From Eledone cirrhosa (Eukaryota), in contig OZ024758.1 in NCBI GenBank assembly GCA_964016885.1, positions 13,516,001-13,580,000 of the forward strand: 64,000 bases of DNA, in the 5' to 3' direction. Below the pieces are notes generated by a model. The model was not told the origin of the DNA. It saw only the letters and a program-made list of their open reading frames with translations, and did not search any database. Made by a program: the position numbers and the translations under genes. Within the stretch, counting starts at the first letter, position 1; each line of letters starts with the position of its first letter. Positions 1-12,840 of this stretch are shown piece after piece.

Positions 1-64
1 AACAGATACATTTAATTATTTCTATTTCACACACACACACAGATTGTATATATTTATATATATA

Positions 65-335
65 TCATCATCATCATTTTACATCCGCTTTTCCCTGCTT
101 GCAAGGGTGGGTCAAGTCCTATTCAGCACAGCATCTCTCCATTCGTCACGGTCCTCCACCATCTCCTCTGTGAGCTTTAGTGATCTGAGGCCAGCTATCA
201 CCACCTCCGCATATGATTTTCGTGGTCTTCCTCTGCTGCGTCCCCCTTCTACTGGGATTTCTTGGCACTTCTTTACCCAGTAGTCATCCTCCATGCGCAT
301 CACATGTCCAAACCAACGCAGTCTTCTCTCCCGCA
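65..335 (-). mobile_element. RTE/RTE-X LINE 3' fragment
   Basis: RERRLRWFGHVMRMEDDYWVKKC...GRPRK...DRDEWR, then a 3' UTR and (GAT)n tail. Other copies: 2061-2231 (+), 28468-28642 (-), 29814-29962 (+), 38962-39232 (-), 55202-55310 (+). Confidence 0.9.
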
Positions 336-381
336 CACACACATACATATATACATATATATATACATATATATATATATA

Positions 382-820
382 TATGATATTAAATAAATGG
401 AAACTATATTTATAAAACCATATTTATTTCGTTATATATATTTCAGGGATATCATATTAACAATATGTTATGCCTTCTTCAGACAAAATACAATATAAAC
501 AGTCTTATAAATAAATAGATACAACATACCTTTCAATCACCTTGCATTTGGTGATTGAAAGGTATGTCGTATGCAAGGTGATTGAAAGGTATGTCGTATC
601 TATTTATTTATAAGACTGTTTATATTGTATTTTGTCTGAAGAAGGCATAACATATTGTTAATATGATATCCCTGAAATATATATAACGAAATAAATATGG
701 TTTTATAAATATAGTTTCCATTTATTTAATATCATAAATATACTCCAAATACTTGTTGAGTGCTTTTATATCAGTTATAAATATTTACTCGTTGTTAACC
801 CAACAATTTAAATATAACTT
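382..820. mobile_element. Penelope-like element remnant with 166-bp inverted arms (382-547 / 571-736)
   Basis: Near-perfect inverted repeat flanked by (TA)n, with a hammerhead core in each arm. Related sequence at 8455-8700 and 37101-37670. Confidence 0.7.
630..691 (+). ncRNA. Type I hammerhead ribozyme motif (mirror copy 427-488 on -)
   Basis: UUUUGU-CUGAAGA-[AGG...CAUAUU/AAUAUG...CCU]-GAAA-UAUAUA-UA-ACGAAA: stem I, core, stem II, short palindromic stem III, AUA triplet. Confidence 0.65.
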
Positions 821-1290
821 TCCATATATATATATATATATATATATGAAAGGAAAAGAAATCGAAAATGCAACTGGAGTCTTTTTAAGAATATTTATTT
901 ATTTCCTTTACCAGTTTCACAGTTCTTATGCTTTTCATCATCATCATCATCACCGTTTTACGTCCGGTCTTCCACGCTAGCATGGGTTAGACGGGTTGTC
1001 CTGTTGTGGGCAGTGCCCAGTCGGCTGACCTTGTCTTGCTCATACGGCTTGATTTCTACAGCTGGATGCCATTCCTAACACCAACCTCATTTACAGTGAA
1101 TGCTAGGTGCTTTTTTTCTGTGGCGCCTACACGCCATATATATATAAAATTACAAAGTGAAGTTATAGATCCACAATCATCCCCCATGAGCTCAAGGAAC
1201 AGATTCCGGGCTCTCTATATGTTAAAGATCCACAGTTTTAAATCCCCTATGATTGAACACATATCTCTGTGTAATTCTCTCTATATGCTG

Positions 1291-1350
<60 letters not shown>

Positions 1351-2037
1351 AGAGAGAGAGAGAGAGAGAGAGCCAGAGTGTAAATGTGGTTGGTGTTTTG
1401 GAAGGGCATCCAACTGTAAAATCCCTGGCCAAATTTACAATGTCATCGGAGCAAGGTACGGTGTGGCCAATTCTGGCCAGATTTGTCTTCCGACGTGGAC
1501 GACCTGTCTAACCCATGCAAGCATGGAAAATGGACGCTAAACAGTGATGATGATAGAGAGAGAGGGAGGTAAAACCCAACTATCATGGGTCCACAGAGAT
1601 AGATATATATGGCCATCTGATGAGGTTAATATAGGCAGGAAATTTCTCATTGGAAATTATTAATGGTTTCGATACTGAAGTAGTTGCCATCATGAAGAAT
1701 ATGTCCCACAGATATATATATAGAATGTTCTAAAAAAATGTATACACACTTTGATTACCTGTACAGGCAATATTTATTAGAATGCCATTGAAGTCTGTAT
1801 ATATTTTGGGGGAACACCCTGTGGTTTAGTCTTGCATATGTGAATGGAGTATATACTCAAATGAAAGCCTAAACTTACACAACAGAAACATGAAAACCCA
1901 TTTCAGTTTGTCAAATGGATGGGAATTGATTCTAAAAAAAAAAAAAATTGTGGACAGTTTGAATTTTAAAGTAAATTAGTAAAAACCGATGTACATATAT
2001 GTATAAAACAGACATTATCAGAGGAATATCTGCTTAA

Positions 2038-2428
2038 TTAACCCTTTAGCATTTACATTTCATGGAAGACCACAAAAAACATGGGCGGAGGTGGTGAGAG
2101 CAGACCTCAAATCGCTGAAGCTCACGGAGGAGATGACGAAGGACTGTGACAAGTGGAGAGATGCTGTGCTGAATAGGACCCGTCCCACCCTTGCAAGCAG
2201 GGAAAAGCGGACGTAAGATGATGATGATGATTACTCTATATATATACTATTGTACTTTCGCGGTAATGGCTTTATCTCACATAATATCAAATCTATAAGA
2301 TTTTGATGTTATTTATTTTGAGAACAATACTTTAACATCAGTATGAGTGGCCAGTTACAGCCAGTTTGAACAGAAAAAGATGAGGGAATTCTGATCGGAT
2401 ACAGCCAGTTTAAATGCTAAAGGGTTAA
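2038..2428. mobile_element. piggyBac-type MITE (TTAA-CCCTTTAGCATTTA TIRs) with nested RTE fragment
   Basis: TTAA ends and CCC/GGG TIRs. Other copies at ~21447-21866, 41016-41242, 42247-42945, 44092-44383, 50238-50885 and 53748-54184. Confidence 0.8.
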
Positions 2429-2607
2429 GCTAGGGTATCTGCCTGTTGACCTTAGTATGTACTGAAACTATTTTGCTGGTTTCATAGCTGATGAGTGTGA
2501 AGATATATGTAAACTTGTCTTGTACATCACCTTACTGTATTTTCTCCTTCCAGTCACTTCTGTGTACCAACACGCTTCTTGTTCTCCTCCTCTTTCAATC
2601 TTTTCTA

Positions 2608-3556
2608 TATTTCATCTGCCTGTCACCCACCTTGTCGATTGTCTCTCTGTTGACCACTGGTCTCTGTCTTCTAAGGCATTGTATTTCATCTGCCTGTCAC
2701 CCACCTTGTCGATTGTCTCTCTGTTGACCACTGGTCTCTGTCTTCTAAGGCATTATAGTTCATCTACCTGTCACCCACCTTGTGGATTGTCTCTCTGTTG
2801 ACCACTGACCACTGGTCTCTGTCCTCTGAGGTATTATATTTCATCTGCCTGTCACCCACCTTGTGGATTGTCTCTCTGTTGACCACTGGCTGCTGGTCTC
2901 TGTCTTCTAAGGCATTATAGTTCATCTACCTGTCACCCACATTGTGGATTGTCTCTCTGTTGACCACTGGCTGCTGATCTCTGAGGCATTGTATTTCATC
3001 TACCTGTCACCCACCTTGTGGATTGTCTCTCTGTTGACCACTGGCCACTGGTCTCTGTCCTCTGAGGTATTATATTTCATCTACCTGTCACCCACCTTGT
3101 GGATTGTCTCTCTGTTGACCACTGGCCGCTGGTCTCTGTCTTCTAAGGCATTATAGTTCATCTACCTGTCACCCACCTTGTGGATTGTCTCTCTGTTGAC
3201 CACTGACCACTGGTCTCTGTCCTCTGAGGTATTATATTTCATCTACCTGTCACCCACCTTGTGGATTGTCTCTCTGTTGACCACTGGCCGCTGGTCTCTG
3301 TCTTCTAAGGCATTATAGTTCATCTACCTGTCACCCACCTTGTGGATTGTCTCTCTGTTGACCACTGACCACTGGTCTCTGTCCTCTGAGGTATTATATT
3401 TCATCTACCTGTCACCCACCTTGTGGATTGTCTCTCTGTTGACCACTGGCCGCTGGTCTCTGTCTTCTAAGGCATTATAGTTCATCTACATGTCACCCAC
3501 CTTGTGGATTGTCTCTCTGTTGACCACTGGCCGCTGGTCTCTGTCCTCTGAGGTAT
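2608..3556. repeat. 81-bp (some ~74-bp) tandem repeat with alternating A/B variants
   Basis: Unit starts at 3157, 3238, 3319 and 3400. Confidence 0.95.
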
Positions 3557-3867
3557 TTTTGCCCATTGCTGTTTTAATGGCTGTTCTAGCAATGAGTTTT
3601 CTCATTTTATATGTATTCAAATCCACTCTTGCTTCGTCTCAGTCAGAGACAACATTGTATTAAATATACTATGTCTGTATCAATGCACTGTCTCAACAGA
3701 ACGTGGCATATTTATTCGTTATTCAGTTAATTACTACTTTCCAGGTATTAAACAGAGACCTATTATGACTCACGGTATTATTTTCACCTGAGGATTATTG
3801 CAGCTTTATTGGTATTTACTGCTTTCCCTTTCAATAACAGGTAGATTGTGGAGCCATTAAAGTGTAC

Positions 3868-5615
3868 CTGTGTGTGTGTATATATGGCTGTGTGTGTATA
3901 CATGTTTGTGTCTGTGTGTATATGGCTGTGTGTGTATATATGGCTGTGTGTGTATACATGTTTGTGTCTGTGTGTATATGGCTGTGTGTGTATACATGTT
4001 TGTGTCTGTGTGTATATAGCTGTGTCTGTGTGTATATGGCTGTGTGTGTATATATGTTTGTGTCTGTGTGTATATGGCTGTGTCTGTGTGTATATGGCTG
4101 TGTGTGTATATATGGCTGTGTGTGTATATATGTTTGTGTCTGTGTGTATATGGCTGTGTGTGTATATATGTTTGTGTCTGTGTGTATATGGCTGTGTGTA
4201 TATATATGTTTGTGTCTGTGTGTATATGGCTGTGTGTGTATATATGTTTGTGTCTGTGTGTATATGGCTGTGTGTGTATATATGTTTGTGGCTGTGTGTG
4301 TATATATGTTTGTGGCTGTGTGTGTATATATGTTTGTGTCTGTGTGTATATGGCTGTGTGTGTATATATGTTTGTGTCTGTGTGTATATGGCTGTGTGTG
4401 TATATATGTTTGTGTCTGTGTGAATATGGCTGTGTGTGTATATATGTTTGTGGCTGTGTGTGTATATATGTTTGTGGCTGTGTGTGTATATATGTTTGTG
4501 GCTGTGTGTGTATATATGTTTGTGGCTGTGTGTGTATATATGTTTGTGTCTGTGTGTATATGGCTGTGTGTGTATATATGTTTGTGTCTGTGTGTATATG
4601 GCTGTGTGTGTATATATGTTTGTGTCTGTGTGAATATGGCTGTGTGTGTGTATATATGGCTGTGTGTGTATATATGGCTGTGTGTGTATACATGTTTGTG
4701 TCTGTGTGTATATGGCTGTGTGTGTATATATGTTTGTGTCTGTGTGTATATGGCTGTGTGTGTATACATGTTTGTGTCTGTGTGTATATGGCTGTGTGTG
4801 TATATATGTTTGTGTCTGTGTGTATATGGCTGTGTGTGTATATATGTTTGTGTCTGTGTGTATATGGCTGTGTGTGTATATATGTTTGTGTCTGTGTGTA
4901 TATGGCTGTGTGTGTATATATGTTTGTGTCTGTGTGTATATGGATGTGTGTGTTTGTGTCTGTGTGTATATGGCTGTGTGTGTATATATGTTTGTGTCTG
5001 TGTGTATATGGCTGTGTGTGTATATATGTTTGTGTCTGTGTGTATATGGCTGTGTGTGTATATATGTTTGTGTCTGTGTGTATATGGCTGTGTGTGTATA
5101 TATGTTTGTGTCTGTGTGTATATGGCTGTGTGTGTATATATGTTTGTGTCTGTGTGTATATGGATGTGTGTGTTTATGTCTGTGTATATGAATGTGTATA
5201 TATGGGTGAGTGTATGTTTGTTTGTGTGTGTGTGTGTGTGCGTGAGTGAGTGTGTATATGAGTGAGTGTGTGTGTGTGTGTCTGCGTATGGGTGTCTGTA
5301 TGTATGTGCCTGGCTATCTACCTCTGTCTGTGCGTGTGTATGTCTATGTATGTGTGTGTGTATGTATGTGTGTGTCTGTGTATATAGCTGTCTGTATGTG
5401 TATATGTATATGGCTGTATGTGTCTGTGTAAATGGCTGTCTGTCTGTATGTGTGTATATGGCTGTCTACCTGTCTGTATGTGTGTGTGTCTGTGTATATG
5501 GCTGTCTACCTCTGTCTGGTCTGTGTGTGTGTATGTCTATGTATGTGTGTGTATGTTAGTGTGTGTCTGTGTATATGGCTGTCTGTATGTATGTCCTGTG
5601 TATATGTGTGTCTGT
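3868..5615. repeat. (TG/TA)-based ~38-bp minisatellite
   Basis: TGTGTGTATATGGCTGTGTGTGTATATATGTTTGTGTC units, degenerating at the 3' end. Confidence 0.95.
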
Positions 5616-5729
5616 AAAGAGTATCGTCGGCTGGGTTTTTCTTATTTTTAATTTTTAGATTTCGACTGTTTTTAACGTCTCACCTAAATCCAAAATTACA
5701 TCATAAAAAAACCCAACAACAGATGTTGC

Positions 5730-6300
5730 TTATATTTCACACCCTCCATTCTATTATATTTCACACCGTCTATTCTATTATATTTCAAACTCACGATTCT
5801 ATTATATTTCAAACCCTCTATTCTATTATATTTCAAACTCTCCATTCTATTATATTTCAAACCCTCCATTCTATTATATTTCACACTCTCCATTCTATTA
5901 TATTTCACACCCTCCATTCTATTATATTTCAAACTCTCCATTCTATTATATTTCAAACTCTCCATTCTATTATATTTCAAACTCTCCATTCTATTATATT
6001 TCAAACCCTCCATTCTATTATATTTCAAACTCTCCATTCTATTATATTTCAAACTCTCCATTCTATTATATTTCAAACTCTCCATTCTATTATATTTCAA
6101 ACCCTCCATTCTATTATATTTCAAACTCTCCATTCTATTATATTTCAAACTCTCCATTCTATTATATTTCAAACTCTCCATTCTATTATATTTCAAACCC
6201 TCCATTCTATTATATTTCAAACTCTCCATTCTATTATATTTCAAATCCTCCATTCTATTATATTTCAAACTCACGATTCTATTATATTTCAAATCCTCGA
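5730..6300. repeat. 24-bp minisatellite
   Basis: (TTCTATTATATTTCAAACTCTCCA)n, ~23 copies. Confidence 0.95.
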
Positions 6301-7909
6301 TCCTAAACAAACACAGGGATAAAAATACAATTCAATGAATGACTGGGATATGAAAATAAACAATTTGTTTTTTCTACTACACAAACTTTAACGAGATTTC
6401 TTTAGTAAAATATTATAATCACGATATTTCACATAAAAATAGAACTTTTGGAACCTTAAAGTTTTAACTTTTTAAATGTATATTGTTAATTTTGCTATAA
6501 GAAATAATAATTCTTAGGCACTTGGGTATGTTATTTGCTTGTTGAGTTGACTTAACGATTTGTGTCCCAAACTTAAGGCCTAAAGGTATACCGTGTCCCT
6601 CCGGCATTCACGGTCCCGGTTATTCGCGGAATTTCCCTTAGAACCTAACTAATAATTGTTTCTACTTTTAGCACAAGGCCAGCAATTATCCAGTGCATTA
6701 CTGGTACTTTATTTTATCGACGCCGTAAGGATGAAAGGCAAAGTTAACCTCGGCGGGATTTGAACTAATAATATGATGTATACATTCATAACGACTGTGC
6801 TGGTAAAAAGACATAGAGATATAAACTAATAATTGTTTGTGGAAACTACCGCATATTCGCGGAATCGTAAATATCTTCTGCGATTTTTTCGAGGAAATAT
6901 TTTTTTTTTCACGCTTTTAAACGCTAAATTATAAATAACAATATACGGTATTTGCGTTCTTTGGCTGAATGTACAGGAATAGATGTAAACCGGTAGAAAA
7001 TAAACGGTTATGTTTATGTAGCGTCGCACTTAACTGTTTCATACCAAACCTAAACAACCGTAGCGAGGGAGCCAACGAGAGAGCGTGGCAACTTGATCTC
7101 ACAGAAATAGCAGCTAAAATTGCCCTCAAATCGCTTAGAAAAGGATGCGTGGCATAATGTGGTTTTATGTTCCTTGCATATAGGGGGAAAATAAAACGGA
7201 ATGGTTAACGCAGGAATGCCTTTGATCATAAGTCTGCTAGATCTGGGCAGGGCTGGGCTAGGTTGGGTGGAGGATGATGGGGTTGGGTATTAAACAATAA
7301 CAACAACTGGAGCGAGGTAAAAATACATCAGAAATGATTGCTCACCCGAGGAAAAAATATGTAAATCACAGAATAGCCATATGTAATGTGTGTGTATGTG
7401 TGTGTGTAATATTTAAGCAAACGAAATAGTGTGTTTATCAAAACAACGCTCAGATATGTATATGTACAATATTTCGCTTGGGCTATTTAGCTGTTGTTTG
7501 TATGTATATATATATATATATATATATGGCCTCAGATCAGTGTGGATCGAGCAGACCTATGATGAAAAACATTCTAACCAAACCATGACCATCACCACGA
7601 CTACATTATATAAATATATTCTTTCCATTTTTAAAAGCGAAAGTGTCTCATTTGAAGAAGATTTAGCTGATATTTCTAGCAGCTAGAAAGACCACACAAG
7701 AGCTGTCTGGATATCTCGATGTTATACTTAGGTGTTAACAACAGGTGTGGTGTTTATTATTTAGCTAAATATAACTAGATAAAACAGCTGTGTATATATA
7801 TATAATAAATACGACATATTTTGTAAACTATATATATTTCTCATATTTGTGGAATCGTTTCCATTGCTTTCTTTGAAGATTCTTCTTCTATTTCACGCGT
7901 TAAAAATGT

Positions 7910-7961
<52 letters not shown>

Positions 7962-8498
7962 CATACATATATATATATACATAAAACAGGGCAAAACGGT
8001 AAATAAATAAAAAAAATATAAACCATAACATTATAATATCGAAACAACGAGCATCAAATGAAATTATTTGAAATTCTAAAAAAACATAAACTAAATCTAA
8101 AACATATAGAATGAGTGAAAAACATTACTTTTTATGGACGACAGCATTCCTGGCTGAGACGTTTGGAATTAGTATCGAGAATTACTTCCCTTAGTGACTG
8201 TGAATTATCTCCCTTTGTTTGTATTTCCGTAACGTGTAGTAATAATTGTTTCTACTTTTGGCACAAGGCCAGCAATTAGCGCAGTGCATTACTGGTACTT
8301 TATTTTATAAACCACTTCGTAAGGATGAAAGGCAAAGTTAACCTCGGCGGGATTTGAACTCAGAATGTAAAGGGCCATAACTCTATGCCACTAAACATGC
8401 TGTCCGACGCTCTACCGATTCTGCCAATCCAATACACACACACACACACACACTATGATATTAAATAAATGGAAACTATATTTATAAAACCATATTTA

Positions 8499-8555
8499 TT
8501 CTATTATATATATTTCAAGGGTACCAAAAACTTTGGTAGCTTTCATCAGATAAAA
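8499..8555 (-). ncRNA. Type I hammerhead ribozyme motif in PLE remnant
   Basis: Minus strand UUUAU-CUGAUGA-AAGCUACCAAAGUUUUUGGUACCCUU-GAAA-UAUAUA-UA-AUAGAA. Confidence 0.6.
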
Positions 8556-8702
8556 TACAAAGTGTGTTTTATAAATTTCGACATAGCCAAGGAAACATAC
8601 CTTATCAGTTGAATATTTACGCCAGAAAAACTGTTGAGTGCTCTGAATCAGTGATAAACATTTATTTTTGTTGAATTTCCAACAAACTAAATATCCCTTC
8701 TA

Positions 8703-8753
<51 letters not shown>

Positions 8754-8797
8754 AAATAACAGGAGGCTGGACTGGTGTAATTCCTTAAAGGTTTATT

Positions 8798-8855
8798 ATA
8801 CTATGAACATTTCAATGAGCGGGTTCAGTATGAATCCGGTGACATCATCAGGTAT
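8798..8855 (-). ncRNA. Type I hammerhead ribozyme motif (second PLE family)
   Basis: Minus strand AUAC-CUGAUGA-(imperfect stem II)-GAAA-UGUUCA-UA-GUAU followed by AAUAAA. Confidence 0.55.
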
Positions 8856-9014
8856 TCCAAAATTTAACAAAGGAATATAATAGACAAAATCCAAGGGACT
8901 GAAAGATGCCCAAGACGAGAAGGCGGCCAAAAAATTAGCAGTTGCCAGTCCGTGTGGCCACCTTCAAGTGCCTTCTATGACCAGTTCTATCCAGTGGTGA
9001 ACCAACAAACCTAA

Positions 9015-9047
<33 letters not shown>

Positions 9048-10651
9048 ATTGTTTCTACTTTTGGCACAAGGCCAGCAATTATCCCAGTGCATTACTGGTA
9101 CTTTATTTTATCGACCCCGTAAGTATGAAAGACAAAGTTAACCTTGGCGGGATTTGAACTCAGACTATAAAGGGCCGTAACTCTATGCCGCTATGCATGG
9201 CGTCAGATCCTCTACCGATACTGCCAATCCGTAGCTTGCTAGGGCAGACATAGAGGATGCAAGGCTTGAAATGAGTTAGTTAAACAGACAGAGAACTTAG
9301 GGTTGAAAAAGATTTACTGGAAAGGGACAGGAATAACTTACGGTGAAACTTGATACTGTAGTTAATGTCGGCTACATATGAAACAGGAGAAGTCTGAAAA
9401 ATACTGCTAAGTTAGTCATAACTATTAAATGTTATCAAATCTCTAAGTCGAAGAAACGCTGAGGTTACTATCGTTGTTGTTGTTGTTGGTGGTGTTGTTG
9501 CTGCTGCTGCTTGTAATGCTGATGATAATAATAATAATAATAATGATTTCTTATATAGGCACAAGGCCAGCAATTTTGGGGAAAGGGAAAGTCGATTAAA
9601 TCGACCCCAGTGCGTGACTGGTACTTTATTTTATCGACCCCGTAAGGATGAAAGGCAAAGTTAACCTCGGCGGGATTTGAACTCAGAATTGCAAGGGCCG
9701 TAACTCTATGCGTTAAAGCATGGCGTCCGACCCTCTACCGATACTGCCAATTCACCGCCCTAAAAAGGACAATAATAATAATGGTTTCTTATTTAGGCAC
9801 AAGGCCAGCAATTTGGGGAGGAGGGAAAAGTCGATGAAATTGACCCCAGTGTGTGACTGGTACAATGGTTTCTTTATTGGCCACAACGGCTAACACGAAG
9901 GAAAACATTATAGACGGCACAGGACGATACAGGACGATACAAAGTGGGTTTGGGCCGTGACAGAAACGTGTAAAAACAAATTTAAAAATTCAAACAACAA
10001 AAATTCTTCAAATAATAATTGTTTCTACTTTTTGGCACAAAGCCAGCAATTATCCCCAGTGTATTACTGGTACTTTATTTTATCGACCCCGTAAGGATGA
10101 AAGATAAAGTTAACGAGACGGGATTTGAACTCAGAATGGCAAGGTCCGTGTATGTTGTTGTTGGTGTTGTTGCTAGTAATGCTGATAATAATAATTGTTT
10201 CTACTTTTGGCACAAGGGCAGCAATTATACCAGTGTATTACTGGTACTTTATTTTATCGACCCCGTAAGGATGAAAGGCAAAGTTAACCTCGGCGGGATT
10301 TGAACTCAGACCACAAAGGGCCGTAACTCTATGCCGCTATGCATGGCGTCCGACCTTCTACCGATACTGCCAAAATAATAATTGTTTCTACTTTTTGGCA
10401 CAAGGGCAGCAATTATCCCAGTGCATTACTGGTACTTTATTTTATCGACCGCGTAAGGATGAAAGGCAAAGTTAACCTCGGCGGAATTCGAACTCAGAAT
10501 AGCAAGGGCAAAGCATGGCGCCCGACTCTCTTCCGATACTGCCAATCCTAATAATACTAAGTGTGTTGTTGTTTAATATAAGTTCATGTGAGGGAATTAT
10601 ATAAATATGGATTGTTGTGACAATGTAAGGGAGTGGTTAAAATCAACAGAA

Positions 10652-11010
<359 letters not shown>

Positions 11011-11610
11011 GCAGTAAGAGATACCAGTCATAAACTGGTTTTAGAGTCTGTCCCTCCCTTCCCCATTTTCTCTTCCTTTCATTCTTTAATTTCTTCTTTC
11101 ATTCTATTTCTTTTTCTTCCCTTCTTCATTTCTTCATTGTTTTATATAAATTTTTTTCTATAAATATAAATTATTTGTTCCCCACCCTGCCGCACACACA
11201 CACACAAAACCCCTAGATTAGTTCACCTCCTGGCTCATCTTTAAGGTCCCACATCTGTTCACAACTGGATATAATAAACACATAACCAGATCCCCACCCC
11301 CACCTGGTTCAATAGAATAAGTAGCAGGCATGTGCTGTGTGAAAGAAGATTAGTATTTTATTTAATCCGTAGTACATCTCCCCAACAAAACTGTGGATTT
11401 AGTTTGGCAGCTGTAGGAAATTAGGCTGAAATTTCATCACTCAAACTTCAAAACCTACATCATGGACAGTGGCAGCAGTAACAGTAGCAGTAGTACCAGC
11501 AGCAGCAGTAGGAGCAACAACAGCAGCAGTAGCAACAACAGCGACAGCTGTTATCCAACTATCTTGTTTGGGACCTACCCCTGGGTCTCTTGCTGGCTGG
11601 TTTTACCCAT

Positions 11611-12840
11611 AAAATCTGTCCAGCGATTCTTTCCTGAGACATTCTAACCACATCTCCATAGTATCAGAGCTGTGATCTCTCAATTCAGAGAAGTAACAGC
11701 TCTACCTGGAGTGACTCTCTGATCTCTGAGCTACAAATCTGTCCAGTGATTCCTTCCTGAGACATTCTAGCCACATGTCCATAGTATCAGAGCTGTGATC
11801 TCTCGATTCAGAGAAGTAACAGCTCTACCTGGAGTGACTCGCTGATCTCTGAGCTACAAATCTGTCCAGTGATTCCTTCCTGAGACATTCTAGCCACATG
11901 TCCATAGTATCAGAGCTGTGATCTCTCGATTCAGAGAAGTAACAGCTCTACCTGGAGTGACTCTTTGATCTCTGAGCTACAAATCTGTCCAGTGATTCCT
12001 TCCTGAGACATTCTAGCCACATGTCCATAGTATCAGAGCTGTGATCTCTCGATTCAGAGAAGTAACAGCTCTACCTGGAGTGACTCGCTGATCTCTGAGC
12101 TACAAATCTGTCCAGTGATTCCTTCCTGAGACATTCTAGCCACATGTCCATAGTATCAGAGCTGTGATCGCTCAATTCAGAGAAGTAACAGCTCTACCTG
12201 GAGTGACTCTTTGATCTCTGAGCTACAAATCTGTCCAGTGATTCCTTCCTGAGACATTCTAGCCACATGTCCATAGTATCAGAGCCGTGATCTCTCGATT
12301 CAGAGAAGTAACAGCTCTACCTGGAGTGACTCGCTGATCTCTGAGCTACAAATCTGTCCAGTGATTCCTTCCTGAGACATTCTAGCCACATGTCCATAGT
12401 ATCAGAGCTGTGATCTCTCGATTCAGAGAAGTAACAGCTCTACCTGGAGTGACTCGCTGATCTCTGAGCTACAAATCTGTCCAGTGATTCCTTCCTGAGA
12501 CATTCTAGCCACATGTCCATAGTATCAGAGCTGTGATCGCTCAATTCAGAGAAGTAACAGCTCTACCTGGAGTGACTCTCTATGTCTGAGCTACAAATCT
12601 GTCCAGTGATTCTTTCCTGAGACATTCTAGCCACATGTCCATAGTATCAGAGCTGTGATCTCTCGATTCAGAGAAGTAACAGCTCTACCTGGAGTGACTC
12701 TCTATGTCTGAGCTACAAATCTGTCCAGTTATTCCTTCCTGAGACATTCTAACCATGTGTCCATAGTATAAGAGCTGTGATCTCAATTCAGCAAAGTACT
12801 AGCTCTACTCGAAGTGACTCTCTGATCTCCGAGCTACATA
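11611..12840. repeat. 123-bp tandem satellite (~10 copies) derived from an RTE-like element
   Basis: Period 123 (11731, 11854, 11977). The minus strand reads ...IERSQL*YYGHVARMSQE...; dispersed relatives at 21870-22200 and 59860-60130. Confidence 0.9.

Larger units (their letters stand above)
8241..10547 (-). mobile_element. Cluster of ~7 tRNA-derived SINE copies (family A)
   Basis: Unit TGGCAGTATCGG (A box)...GAGTTCAAATCC (B box)...GAGGTTAACTTTGCCTTTCATCCTTACGGGGTCGATAAAATAAAGTACCAG...GGCCTTGTGCCAAAAGTAGAAAC(AAT)n. About 30 full or partial copies occur across the window. Confidence 0.9.

Noticed and set aside
1612-1695. CTGATGAG as a possible hammerhead (also ~35462 and ~49530 on -)
   Set aside because: I could not place GAAA, stem III and NUH with paired stems; at best heavily decayed.
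3831-5651. Long ORFs (up to 467 aa) rich in C/V/Y or H/T/Y
   Set aside because: Translations of a TG/TA minisatellite, open in several frames on both strands, with no splice or domain evidence.
5696-6322. 204-aa (LKYNRMES)n and 199-aa (QTLHSIIF)n ORFs
   Set aside because: Products of a 24-bp tandem repeat whose length is a multiple of three.
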